DNA of 64,000 nt from a virus. Location: IMG/VR virus record IMGVR_UViG_3300027782_000037, positions 1-64,000 of that record; one strand, written 5' to 3'. How positions within the stretch are numbered: position 1 is the stretch's first letter; every line of letters starts with the position of its first letter. The notes beneath the pieces were generated by a model. It was not told the origin of the DNA. It saw nothing but the letters and a program-made list of their open reading frames with translations, and made no database searches. The position numbers were made by a program, and so were the translations under genes. Positions 38,801-48,249 of this stretch are shown here, one piece after another.

Positions 38801-39288
38801 CGTTTTGCCTTTTTAGCTGCCATCATAAATTTTAAATCACTTACGTAATCTTTAAATACTTTTCCATCTAAGTGATCTATTTCGTGTAGGAAACATTTAG
38901 CATCAAGTTCACTGAATACGGTACTGTGTTCCTTGCCTTGTATATCTTGCCATCGAGCATACACAAACTTGGGTCTAGCGACAGTTAATTCAACTCGAGG
39001 AAAACTTAAACAACCTTCTCTATGTTCCCACAGATCTTCGGATAATTTACTTACCGCAGGATTTACCAGCACTAACTGTTGGCCAGCATATACACCGTTT
39101 TGCACATTCATCGCTATAGCACGATATGTGACGCCTATTTGATTTGCAGCAAGCCCCAGCGCCATCTGACTATTCATAGTGTCAAGAAGATCTTGACTTA
39201 TGTTTTCAACTGGCGGATTGTTAAAGTCCCACGGTTGGCACGGTTGTAGTAGTATGGGGTCCGGCCATCTCTTGATTGGTAGTATCAT
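38797..39288 (-). CDS. def: Peptide deformylase
   Basis: GLAANQIG, EGCLS, HEIDHLDG. Confidence 0.93.
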   Translation of the reverse strand: MILPIKRWPDPILLQPCQPWDFNNPPVENISQDLLDTMNSQMALGLAANQIGVTYRAIAMNVQNGVYAGQQLVLVNPAVSKLSEDLWEHREGCLSFPRVELTVARPKFVYARWQDIQGKEHSTVFSELDAKCFLHEIDHLDGKVFKDYVSDLKFMMAAKKAKR

Positions 39289-39658
39289 GTTTGCTTATAT
39301 AATCTTTTACTGCTGCTTTGATCGCATCTTCTGCGAGAATTGAGCAATGGATCTTAACGGGCGGAAGTGCCAATTCTGCGGCAATGTCTGTATTTCTAAT
39401 TCGTCCAGCATCCGCAAGAGATTTTCCTTTGACCCACTCAGTGACCAGCGATGAACTTGCAATTGCTGATCCGCAACCATATGTTTTGAAACGTGCGTCC
39501 GTAATAATGCCATTCGTCACCTTTATTTGTAACTTCATCACATCTCCACATGCAGGTGCTCCCACCATGCCTGTGCCAACGTCATCATCATCTTTAGCAA
39601 AGGACCCTACGTTTCGGGGGTTCTCATAATGATCTAGTACTTTTTCGCCGTAAGCCAT
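39221..39658 (-). CDS. iscU: Fe-S scaffold IscU
   Basis: DHYENPRNVG, APACGD, YGCGSA, LPPVKIHCS. Confidence 0.95.
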   Translation of the reverse strand: MAYGEKVLDHYENPRNVGSFAKDDDDVGTGMVGAPACGDVMKLQIKVTNGIITDARFKTYGCGSAIASSSLVTEWVKGKSLADAGRIRNTDIAAELALPPVKIHCSILAEDAIKAAVKDYISKHDTTNQEMAGPHTTTTVPTVGL

Positions 39659-39667
39659 ATAACTTTT

Positions 39668-39784
39668 TTATTTACCTTTAATTAATCCAGCAAGTTTTGC
39701 TTGTATGCTTTTAGCAAAGTCTGGTTGTGGGAAATTCCATCCAATAAATGCGCCTACTGCAAGCCATAATAATGTTTCAAACAT
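39668..39784 (-). CDS. 38-aa membrane peptide
   Basis: Manual translation MFETLLWLAVGAFIGWNFPQPDFAK...; AGGAG RBS. Confidence 0.55.
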   Translation of the reverse strand: MFETLLWLAVGAFIGWNFPQPDFAKSIQAKLAGLIKGK

Positions 39785-39824
39785 GATAACTCTCCTTTTG
39801 TATTACTGTTGTACTTATACTTGA

Positions 39825-40181
39825 TTAATTTGGTACCAATATAGTAACATAACAGTTACAATTTGCATCTAAGATTTGTTCGTGATGATATCCATAGGGA
39901 GGCATAGGAGGAGGGGTATATACTGGGTTGGGCTGCACATACACAGGGGCTGGGGCATAGTACGGTGCCGCCGCCGCTGCGCCAACGAGTCCACCTATAA
40001 TTAATCCACCGATAGCAGGGGCGACCCATCCGCCTCGATAACCACCACCATTATAGCTATAACTATTGTAGTTATTATGGCCACCTCGATAGCCTCCATT
40101 TCCACCGTTGCGGTATCCATGTTGAGCCAAAGCTGAAGTTGCTGTAATTGAAAGTAATACCGTTAGGATAAGTTTTTTCAT
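39825..40181 (-). CDS. Secreted Gly/Pro/Tyr-rich protein
   Basis: Signal peptide; GGYRGG repeats; glycine-zipper; PVY repeats. Confidence 0.7.
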   Translation of the reverse strand: MKKLILTVLLSITATSALAQHGYRNGGNGGYRGGHNNYNSYSYNGGGYRGGWVAPAIGGLIIGGLVGAAAAAPYYAPAPVYVQPNPVYTPPPMPPYGYHHEQILDANCNCYVTILVPN

Positions 40182-40212
40182 GTTAAAACTCCATTAAGTG
40201 AACGACAAGTTA

Positions 40213-40241
40213 ATTATATTTAGTTTTTAATTAATTGTCAA
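40213..40241 (-). promoter_or_regulatory. Consensus sigma70 promoter with an embedded CTAAATA late motif
   Basis: TTGACA-17-TATAAT upstream of the iscU-def-iscA gene run. Confidence 0.8.
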
Positions 40242-40259
40242 GTAGTTTAGCTGAATTAT

Positions 40260-40634
40260 TTACTTTAGGTTACTGGGCATTGCGGATTTGGCATTTTGTG
40301 CTACGATGTTTTGGGCATTGTTCACCGGCATTGTAGTATCCCCGGTGTCGTTATTACCTTTAAATTTAATAATTTTCGAACCTGGTTCGTATGGTAATAG
40401 TAAATTGCTTAATGGTGGACTAGCAGTTAGTGCGGCAATTTCTTCATCATCTGCATCATTATTGGGATCGATATCAAGATCGAGCCCAAGATTTTTTGCT
40501 GCATTGACGAATGCCCCCACCGATATTTCTTTTTTTGCATTAGTATCGTTAGCCCGACCTGATAGGAATTGTACCAAAGCCATTAGCTTGGTATGATCAA
40601 GAGGGGCAGAGTTTTCTACTTCAAAAATTAGCAT
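40260..40634 (-). CDS. Putative virion protein
   Basis: MLIFEVE N-terminus; late operon. Confidence 0.55.
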   Translation of the reverse strand: MLIFEVENSAPLDHTKLMALVQFLSGRANDTNAKKEISVGAFVNAAKNLGLDLDIDPNNDADDEEIAALTASPPLSNLLLPYEPGSKIIKFKGNNDTGDTTMPVNNAQNIVAQNAKSAMPSNLK

Positions 40635-41689
40635 TACCGTTTAGCCCGACCTATTCCCGCTGTATCTGGCGCCGGTAATTCTTCTGGAGGTGCTTCTCCT
40701 CCGGGTGCTTCTCCACCAGGTGCTCCGCCGGGCATTCCTCCTTGGTCTGAACCGGCTCCTTGGTCTTGACCTGGAAGTGGTGAAGGTGCCGCTTGACCAG
40801 TTACAATACCCAGTGCTTGATCCATTTGCTGTTTAGCTGATTGAATATTCTGTACTAGTCCACCCAAGGCTGCTACCGCATCTTGATTAAATTGCATTGC
40901 TTGATCAACACCTACTTGGTTCTTCATTTCATCAACCAATGCTGGTAGGTCTTTAAACTGCATACTAGATACTTCTTCCAACATTTTCTGAATGTCGTCA
41001 ACCATTGCTCTAGCTGCCAGCACTACCTGGGCTTGCTGAATTTCTGATTCGCGCAGTACATTATATAACTGGCGACGAACTTTTCTACTTTCTGTTTGTA
41101 AAGCTCGCTTGGCAATTAACTTTTGTTCTTTTACTGTCAATGGTAGTCCACGCTTAACTTTAGCCATAGCCATGTTAATTTCTTGAACTTGTTGTTGACC
41201 AGGAGCCGGGGCTTGTCCTGGATTTGACGCTGATACGGCTGCTTGCATCTGCGCCGTTTGATTACCAGCTGCCTGCTGAACATTCTGTTGTTGCTGCTGA
41301 GCAGTTTTTAACTGTTGTTGTTGGGCTGCTTGTTTTACAGCATCACCAGCGGCGGCGACTGAGTTAGGTTGCGGAGCAGTGACTGCATCTTGTTGTTGGT
41401 TCTGAGTAGCACCAACTGTTGAGGCCATACCTACGGTTGGTGTTTCTTGTACTTTGGCCCGTAAAACACGTTCCATCATCATTAGTTTTAAGTAAGTAGG
41501 ATTTTGCTCGCTACTATGAAAAGCGGGAGTTGCTCGGTGTTCATTTACCAGCTTGCTTACTTTTTTCAGCATTGTACGTGCTTGACGTGTTGATATTACG
41601 TCAACGTTGATGCTGTCACCGAAGTAACTTTCAAATACCTTAGCGGCTTGTTTTGATGGCGTGGTCGCGGCCAGTTCGAACAGTTTCAT
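40634..41689 (-). CDS. Putative head/scaffold-associated protein, Gln-rich
   Basis: MKLFEL start; Q-rich and GGEAP repeats; late promoter. Confidence 0.55.
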   Translation of the reverse strand: MKLFELAATTPSKQAAKVFESYFGDSINVDVISTRQARTMLKKVSKLVNEHRATPAFHSSEQNPTYLKLMMMERVLRAKVQETPTVGMASTVGATQNQQQDAVTAPQPNSVAAAGDAVKQAAQQQQLKTAQQQQQNVQQAAGNQTAQMQAAVSASNPGQAPAPGQQQVQEINMAMAKVKRGLPLTVKEQKLIAKRALQTESRKVRRQLYNVLRESEIQQAQVVLAARAMVDDIQKMLEEVSSMQFKDLPALVDEMKNQVGVDQAMQFNQDAVAALGGLVQNIQSAKQQMDQALGIVTGQAAPSPLPGQDQGAGSDQGGMPGGAPGGEAPGGEAPPEELPAPDTAGIGRAKR

Positions 41690-42134
41690 TATTAAATCCT
41701 TTTTGTTGATAGTATTTAGCGTAATTTACGCATTTTGTTAATTGTTGCTCCACCTGCTTTTTATGGATAATCTTAGTTTCTAACTTGGTTTCAACAGTCT
41801 CACGGAATAGCGAATTTTTACTGCGTTCCGCTACATTTGCCCGTGTGTTAATATCATTAGTTAGATCCATTAGTTTTTTATCCAAAATTAGTATATCTCG
41901 AGCTAAGTTATAATTGGAAAACTTAGCGGCTATACACCAACTTAATGCTGTTTTTGTGCTGCTAAACGTACCTGCATCGGTAGCAGAACAATAAACACGA
42001 CATACATTTTTTTCTTTCTTAATAACATATCGACCAAATACCTCATATTCACCAGCCTCATTTTGGAAAATAAGGTTAGTAGTTATGTTAGGAAACTCTT
42101 TCCTAAAGGCTTTATCAATATCCATGTCATTCAT
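41640..42134 (-). CDS. Hypothetical protein
   Basis: Probable start at MMNDMDIDK, coupled to the upstream gene. Confidence 0.55.
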   Translation of the reverse strand: MNDMDIDKAFRKEFPNITTNLIFQNEAGEYEVFGRYVIKKEKNVCRVYCSATDAGTFSSTKTALSWCIAAKFSNYNLARDILILDKKLMDLTNDINTRANVAERSKNSLFRETVETKLETKIIHKKQVEQQLTKCVNYAKYYQQKGFNNETVRTGRDHAIKTSR

Positions 42135-42397
42135 CATTTTATAATATAGTGTGCTATAAAGTATCCTACGATTGCCACTAATGTTCCAATAATCCCAACA
42201 CCCCATCCGATTAACCGATCACTGTTTTTTTCAGCCATTTTTGCCAAAGAAACTTTAACGTCGGTTATTTCAGAACAAAGATGAGTAATTTTGTCATCTA
42301 CTGTGTTTATTTTATTTTCAAGTGCGTTGTACCGCTCAGCACATAATTCAACATGCGCTTCTAGACTTTTCTTCTCAATGTCGGTGGGTTCAACCAT
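42134..42397 (-). CDS. Coiled-coil protein with C-terminal TM
   Basis: LEAHVELCAERY; C-terminal hydrophobic helix. Confidence 0.6.
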   Translation of the reverse strand: MVEPTDIEKKSLEAHVELCAERYNALENKINTVDDKITHLCSEITDVKVSLAKMAEKNSDRLIGWGVGIIGTLVAIVGYFIAHYIIK

Positions 42398-42418
42398 AAT
42401 GTTTCCTTAACAGTATAT

Positions 42419-42832
42419 TTAGCTTAATAAACTAAACCATATATTTTGATCGACACCATTAACTACTAAAAATGGGGTTATATTTTCGTTATTTCCCAGT
42501 TGTATTAACATGGGAACCCCAGCACAGTCGGATAACAGCATCTCAGTGGGGTTTTCCTCAGATCCGTATACATAGGGTGTATCTACTTCAAACCCAAAAT
42601 TCCATATGCTATCAGATTTTGTCGGGTTATCTAATTTTGCTATCTGTGTGCGCAATCCAATCAATTGTGTTACAGTTTCCCAATTGCGTTGTTGATTTCT
42701 TGCATGATTCCATGAGCGTTCATCTACAATATTCTTCCCCGAAACGTCAATAAACGGAACTCTCGAGGATTTATAATGCCCGGTAACCCCGGTGGCAGTA
42801 ATATCAAACAAAGTTTTACAAGAAAATCTCAT
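42419..42832 (-). CDS. Hypothetical protein
   Basis: TLFDITATG; RNQQRNWET. Confidence 0.6.
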   Translation of the reverse strand: MRFSCKTLFDITATGVTGHYKSSRVPFIDVSGKNIVDERSWNHARNQQRNWETVTQLIGLRTQIAKLDNPTKSDSIWNFGFEVDTPYVYGSEENPTEMLLSDCAGVPMLIQLGNNENITPFLVVNGVDQNIWFSLLS

Positions 42833-43074
42833 TCAGAGTCTTTGGATAGTTCATATAGCATTTCAGCCTGCGTGCATATATCATTAAGTGATGGATTATC
42901 TCTTCTAGCATTAAATATTTTTATCCAACGCTTATATTCAGCTTTTTCTTTGTCAAGAACTTGATCGGTGGAAAGTAAATGCCGGTGTGTATCGCCAGGT
43001 TTACGGACGTACACCGTACGTCCTCCGTCCGGGCTTTCAAAAATTGTTATTTCAGTAATTTTGCTGACCATCAT
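42829..43074 (-). CDS. Hypothetical protein
   Basis: IFESPDGGRTVY motif. Confidence 0.6.
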   Translation of the reverse strand: MMVSKITEITIFESPDGGRTVYVRKPGDTHRHLLSTDQVLDKEKAEYKRWIKIFNARRDNPSLNDICTQAEMLYELSKDSE

Positions 43075-43113
43075 AATATGTGTGTATTTAACTGATTAAA
43101 ATATAGTGTCAAC

Positions 43114-43132
43114 AAAAAGCCCCTTTCGGGGC
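43114..43132 (-). terminator. Rho-independent terminator
   Basis: GCCCC-gaaa-GGGGC followed by TTTTT. Confidence 0.8.
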
Positions 43133-43138
43133 CTTTAA

Positions 43139-43390
43139 TTATTGCTCGCTTACAAACAGATTAAGTTTTTTAGCTTCTTCAATAATCATATCCGTACTGG
43201 GAAAGTCTGGCATTGTGGGAAATTGCAAGGCTAACTGTTCTTCAGTAGGACCTTCTACTCCAACAAAGACTTCTCGTTTGGACATAAATTCGTCCATAAG
43301 ATTTTGTCGTTTTTGGAATACTGGCTCATATAATGAATCCTTGGCCAGCTTTAGTAATTCGAGACGAATCTCGTAAGGTGTTTTGCTCAT
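43139..43390 (-). CDS. Hypothetical protein
   Basis: TPYEIRLELLKLA; AAGGAG RBS. Confidence 0.7.
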   Translation of the reverse strand: MSKTPYEIRLELLKLAKDSLYEPVFQKRQNLMDEFMSKREVFVGVEGPTEEQLALQFPTMPDFPSTDMIIEEAKKLNLFVSEQ

Positions 43391-43464
43391 AGTTTTCTCC
43401 TTGTGTGAATGTGTGTGTGTTAAAACACGAGCAATATTACTTAGTCATAGAAAAGACAGCCAAC

Positions 43465-43487
43465 AAAAAACCCGCCTAAGCGGGTTT
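43465..43487 (-). terminator. Rho-independent terminator
   Basis: AAACCCGC-ttag-GCGGGTTTTTT. Confidence 0.8.
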
Positions 43488-43512
43488 AGTGTTTTTAAAG
43501 ATAACTTTAAAA

Positions 43513-43953
43513 TTACGCTGCTGTTGTAGCTGTTGAAGCTAAACGGAAACCAACGTCTGTTACAGTTGCGCCAGATGCATCATAGCCTGTACCAGCAACG
43601 TTAGAACCTAACGCACGGATAGCGGCTTGTAATGTAGCTGCTGTGTAAGCTGCTGTTGGGTATAAAGCCAATGACATGTTTGTAACGTTAGCGGTAGCAG
43701 CAACTTGATAAATTGCGACTGTCGCTGTCTGCTGAATAGTTTGCAAAATTGTCTGGATTGCTCCGTTAACACCGGCTTGGGCTGAAGGATCAGCACCTAA
43801 GTCTACTCCGAAGAAGTCCAGTTTTGGACCCATGAAGTTAACTGGTACACCTGCTGGTGCGTATGTTGCGTTTGCTGCTAACTGTGGGCCGTTAAGCGTG
43901 TCAGTTGCGAATACTGGTTGTGAACCACCTGATACTAATGGAATTTGTGCCAT
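43513..43953 (-). CDS. Abundant virion structural protein (putative)
   Basis: Ala/Thr-rich; strongly biased codons; own late promoter and terminator. Confidence 0.55.
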   Translation of the reverse strand: MAQIPLVSGGSQPVFATDTLNGPQLAANATYAPAGVPVNFMGPKLDFFGVDLGADPSAQAGVNGAIQTILQTIQQTATVAIYQVAATANVTNMSLALYPTAAYTAATLQAAIRALGSNVAGTGYDASGATVTDVGFRLASTATTAA

Positions 43954-44032
43954 TTTAAATCTCCTAGTTGATGGACTCTGATGTCCTACTTTTATTTAGT
44001 CAGAATATGAAAAATGGCTATTATGGGTTGAA

Positions 44033-45583
44033 TTATATGTAGTTTTGGCGATTATTGCGTGTAAATTTAAACCGATCAACTAGTTTGCTGATCCCTCCCG
44101 GTGAGGCAACTACCCATCCTTCGTGGCCAGGTTGTTGTCTATCCAACTGCTTCAATAGGTCCATTTTAATGTCATGTAATAATACAAACGCTGTGAAAGC
44201 TGCGCCCATTCCATCTAAATTAGAACTGGGACTCTGCAGGTATTCTACAATATTTCTATATTTGCGTGGAGTTACCGCATTACGCAACCACGTACCAAAT
44301 CTTGAAATCAATGTATCAGCTGTAAACCCTTCTTCATGTTCACTCTGTATCACATTGTTTATAAAATCCACACATAATCTTGGGAGATCACTTATCTGCA
44401 TCTGCCTAAGTTCTGCCGGATTAAACAACGTATCGATATCATTACCATGCAACTCTATTATACTTCGTAGTTGTTTAGATAAATCTCGATCGGTGAGTTT
44501 AACATTTTCAGTTGGTCTAACTGGATTAATAATTGTTAGCCCAGGTACTGAATTAAGTTTTATATTACCAATGGGTTGTTTAGCGGCACCATGATCTTTA
44601 TAATAGGTATGTATAGCTACACCCATATGGCTGTTGGCTATACTTTCCCCTAATTCGCTATTTGTTGGAATTTTATATTCCACGGTATTGGGCTTAAAAA
44701 CTAAAGACCCGGTGTCTTCTATAGGTTTTTCCGAGTACAATAGATCACCATGAATAAAACCTCGAAACTTCGGAGGTACAGCTCGGGCTAATAAGGGCCA
44801 TAAGAGTTCATATATAGGCGCCAGATGTTCTTTACGAGTTCCCATGTCATCGGCATCTCTGCCATCTAAATGACTGACAAGATTAGCGGGATTAGAAAAT
44901 AACCCATCGTATGTTTTAGCATTATATCCGCTAACATCGGTTAATATAAATGCACCGTCTTGATCTCGGCCAAATATAATAGCTGGTTTTCCGTCCCATT
45001 TTACCGTCGCTGAATTGGGTGCATCCTTGGACAAATGTCTAATATGAGTAAGTGCATCGGCAATCCCCGCGACACCTTTTCTAAATACTAAATCTTCGAT
45101 ATGATCTATTCCACGTGTTCTGCCACCATGAATTTCAGGTAGATCAGATTCTATTAACTTCATCATACCCCGATTTACAATTCGATCACGCAATCTAGAA
45201 AGAAAATTGATATCAGATTCGCTCTGTGGATTAGGATTCTTTATAAAACTAAAATCAGTTTGTATAAATCCCCTATTAGGATTGCCATTAATCGGGGTTT
45301 TAAAATAGATCTTTGACCCTGAATTTTTTACATATTCTTTTGAGTTAAACTCTTGACTATCGCACCAATGCCGCAATTCGGCCATTAATTGATCTGGGGA
45401 TATCTTATTAGCGTCTATATTAAGTTCTAGTTTATGTAAACTATGCTGGTCAGCATTACTGATATTGTCCAGTAGGTTTAAATCAACCATGTGCTCAAGC
45501 CATTGCACCGTTGTCTTAATGTCCGTTTGTTCGATACGTTGGGTATCCAATTTTCCTTCATTATCGTTAAACACCAGATGCAT
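44033..45583 (-). CDS. Ligase-fold (KxDG) protein, DUF6267-like, with a degenerate NTase-like N-terminus
   Basis: HIEDL, TVKWDGKPA, GDLLY, FKPNTVEY, HEGWV, KLVDR. Confidence 0.6.
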   Translation of the reverse strand: MHLVFNDNEGKLDTQRIEQTDIKTTVQWLEHMVDLNLLDNISNADQHSLHKLELNIDANKISPDQLMAELRHWCDSQEFNSKEYVKNSGSKIYFKTPINGNPNRGFIQTDFSFIKNPNPQSESDINFLSRLRDRIVNRGMMKLIESDLPEIHGGRTRGIDHIEDLVFRKGVAGIADALTHIRHLSKDAPNSATVKWDGKPAIIFGRDQDGAFILTDVSGYNAKTYDGLFSNPANLVSHLDGRDADDMGTRKEHLAPIYELLWPLLARAVPPKFRGFIHGDLLYSEKPIEDTGSLVFKPNTVEYKIPTNSELGESIANSHMGVAIHTYYKDHGAAKQPIGNIKLNSVPGLTIINPVRPTENVKLTDRDLSKQLRSIIELHGNDIDTLFNPAELRQMQISDLPRLCVDFINNVIQSEHEEGFTADTLISRFGTWLRNAVTPRKYRNIVEYLQSPSSNLDGMGAAFTAFVLLHDIKMDLLKQLDRQQPGHEGWVVASPGGISKLVDRFKFTRNNRQNYI

Positions 45584-45818
45584 CTGTTTTCCTTACGGTA
45601 CGGGTAAATTTAGCTGGATCGCGTAATTTAATTGCATTAATTAATTTGCGAGTAAGGTTATCTGCTTGCTCTGGGGTATACGTCTGATCTATTTGCTCTA
45701 ATAAACGAATAGCCGATGAGATTATGTTATTGGCACGGTTTTCGATAACATGACGTTGATCATATTCGATGTATATCGAGTCTAATTCTTCCAATAAACT
45801 ACGGGTTTTCTTTTGCAT
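45567..45818 (-). CDS. Hypothetical protein
   Basis: 83 aa; TAAATA upstream. Confidence 0.6.
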   Translation of the reverse strand: MQKKTRSLLEELDSIYIEYDQRHVIENRANNIISSAIRLLEQIDQTYTPEQADNLTRKLINAIKLRDPAKFTRTVRKTDASGV

Positions 45819-45871
45819 TTTAATCAGAACCTTTCTATTATTTATTACTATTCCAAATATAAGGATCCGAA

Positions 45872-47263
45872 TTAACTACTCTTAATTTGTGATAACATTT
45901 GTTTTAACTTATTACTTTGCAATTCTGCTGTAATTTTTCCTGTTTCTTCTTTATTTTCAGTATCCACTACTCTGCTTTGTGTTTTAATGTTTTCCAGTAC
46001 ATTGGGACGCTTAAATGAGCTTACTGCACTTGCATCTTCGGGCAAATCACTAATTCTCATAGTTTCTACGTTGTATTCCAACTCTACTTTTTGGCCCACA
46101 CCAGTACTACTACGCGATTTCATACACTGAATTTGATAACGGCCACGTTCTTTCATAGCCCTGCTGGTAAAAATACCAAATACATTATCTGCTGTGTTAA
46201 TCTTACTAATACCACCAGCGATATGACTATGGTCAAATTCAATTTCTTCCACTGCGCTTCGATTTAATTGCGATGCCGTTACGAATAATACGCCCAGTTC
46301 TTGCGATAAGTTGCGAAGTTCTTCTGCTACGTATTTGTCCTTGATAAACTGATCGTTGGGATTTACTTTGACAGATACTGGCATTACTAAATCCAAATAA
46401 TCCACCATGACAAAGTCAACTTTAATGCCAGTTTGCACTTGAACTTCTTTCAAATACGCACGAATATCATTAACATTGCTTTGTGCAGGTAACGCCTTGA
46501 CACGATATTGACCAGCTTTTTTGCTAAAAACTCTAACTTTCAGTTCTGCTGAATCTAGATCTTTCCTAATATCTTTAGTTGACATACCGGATAACATGGC
46601 GTCAGTTCTTAATCCAACTAGTTCTTCACTAAGTTCCAGGCTAACGTATACACCACTTAACCCCTGTTCCAACCAACTAATAGCTATGTTCATCATAACC
46701 AAAGATTTGCCTGATCCAGATCCGCCTGCAAAGATATTTAATTCGCCGCGGCTAAATCCACCATATAATATTTTATCTAGACTTGGCCATCCTGTACTTA
46801 CTTGACCACCACTGTTAAAATATTTGTCATTTCTTGCTTTGGGGCTGGCAAAATAATCTGTTCCCATATCCTTCTGCAGGCTAATCTGCACCGCATCTTT
46901 AATTAATTTTTCTACCGGGGCATATTCACCTTTTTCCAATAAGTCGGCTGATTTAAGAATAGCTCGTTCAAGTTCCTGGCGTTGAGTAAATTTCTCAAAT
47001 TCTTCCATAAACCATTCTAAACTACCATCAGGTAGATCAGGAATCGCATTTAATTTTATCCCGGTTGTGGCTGATACCTGTGCCAGAATAGGCAAAGAAC
47101 TATGGTTAGCGTAGTGTTCTTTAATAAACTCTGCTGCCGGCCTAACGCTGCGATCAAAGTTTTCTGGGTTATATATATTCTGCACACGAATAAAAGATTC
47201 AGCATCGTGTAGCATCATCTCTAAAAATAACCGTTGTGTCTCAATTCCGTAGTCGTTTAACAA
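45872..47263 (-). CDS. 41: DnaB-like replicative helicase (T4 gp41-like)
   Basis: GGSGSGKS, SLELSE, VDYLDL, TASQLNR, KSR. Confidence 0.92.
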   Translation of the reverse strand: MLNDYGIETQRLFLEMMLHDAESFIRVQNIYNPENFDRSVRPAAEFIKEHYANHSSLPILAQVSATTGIKLNAIPDLPDGSLEWFMEEFEKFTQRQELERAILKSADLLEKGEYAPVEKLIKDAVQISLQKDMGTDYFASPKARNDKYFNSGGQVSTGWPSLDKILYGGFSRGELNIFAGGSGSGKSLVMMNIAISWLEQGLSGVYVSLELSEELVGLRTDAMLSGMSTKDIRKDLDSAELKVRVFSKKAGQYRVKALPAQSNVNDIRAYLKEVQVQTGIKVDFVMVDYLDLVMPVSVKVNPNDQFIKDKYVAEELRNLSQELGVLFVTASQLNRSAVEEIEFDHSHIAGGISKINTADNVFGIFTSRAMKERGRYQIQCMKSRSSTGVGQKVELEYNVETMRISDLPEDASAVSSFKRPNVLENIKTQSRVVDTENKEETGKITAELQSNKLKQMLSQIKSS

Positions 47264-48212
47264 GTTGTCTTTTCCTTAATTCAATTTTAATTCTGCTGGT
47301 CTCTTTAGATTGCAATATAGTTATTAATGTTGCAATCTTACCTAATTTTATCACTGCGTCATTTACATCTTTAATACCTTCTGGCCAGTCGGGAATACTA
47401 ACTGCCCAGTTTAATTCTACTGCACGATCCACTAATTCCATGCCCGCGATATCCTGATCCGGGACCACGATTATTTCTTTACCTATATTGCGTATTAACC
47501 TAGCTTGTGCATCGCTTACTGTATTATGCATTAATGCTAATCCGTCAATACTTAATGCATCAAATATACCTTCTGTTACGATTACATATTGCCAATCTTG
47601 TTGTTGCAGGTCAGTACCAAATACATATCCTGGCTGAAAATAATTGATCCATACCGGTTTACGATCATCTAAAAATCGTACCGTACTACCAACTAATGTG
47701 TTATTATAGGTAAATGGAATAATAACCCCGGTCCGTGCGCCCTTAGTTGAGCTAATCATATAAGGATAGTCAATCGGTGCTTGCCTGCGGCGTAAGTAAT
47801 TCCAAATATCTGTATGCTCGGGAGTTACAAATTCTACACCTCCCATGTCTCTTTCTTCAAAATGTATGCCTAATATAGCATCAGCAGTTCGTTGTCTATC
47901 ATCTATCATGCCCTCAATACTACGATGCCGCAGACTTTCTAATTGAATTCTGTCGATTTCTTCTGCAGGCACATTGAGCCAAGATAAAAATTTACGTGCT
48001 TTGATGCTAAGATTGCGTCCTAATATAAAACTAGCTGTAAAATTACAATTAAAACAATGATAACTCCAGCCCTCGATACTGCCTTTAAATCCGCCACGTT
48101 GACGCCGATCTACGCTTTCACCATTATGTATGCAACAAGGTCCATTAAATGACACCCAGCCTGAGCTGGATTGTTTTCTTTTTGCAGGTAAGAAGGAGAT
48201 GATGTCAATCAT
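47241..48212 (-). CDS. 61: DNA primase (T4 gp61-like)
   Basis: Zn ribbon PCC..YHCFNC; TOPRIM EGIFD, PDQD, KDVND. Confidence 0.88.
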   Translation of the reverse strand: MIDIISFLPAKRKQSSSGWVSFNGPCCIHNGESVDRRQRGGFKGSIEGWSYHCFNCNFTASFILGRNLSIKARKFLSWLNVPAEEIDRIQLESLRHRSIEGMIDDRQRTADAILGIHFEERDMGGVEFVTPEHTDIWNYLRRRQAPIDYPYMISSTKGARTGVIIPFTYNNTLVGSTVRFLDDRKPVWINYFQPGYVFGTDLQQQDWQYVIVTEGIFDALSIDGLALMHNTVSDAQARLIRNIGKEIIVVPDQDIAGMELVDRAVELNWAVSIPDWPEGIKDVNDAVIKLGKIATLITILQSKETSRIKIELRKRQLVKRLRN

Positions 48213-48249
48213 GCTATAGTTTAGCAGATGTGACTACGCTAAATCAACT

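Noticed and set aside
2921..39658. Bacterial chromosome or prophage origin suggested by clp, isc, csg and rpsU genes
   Set aside because: These genes are interleaved with T4-like core genes and TAAATA late promoters; no integrase or host boundary is visible.
43400..43420. (TG)n microsatellite
   Set aside because: Short CA-rich unstructured leader just upstream of an RBS; no evidence for phase variation.
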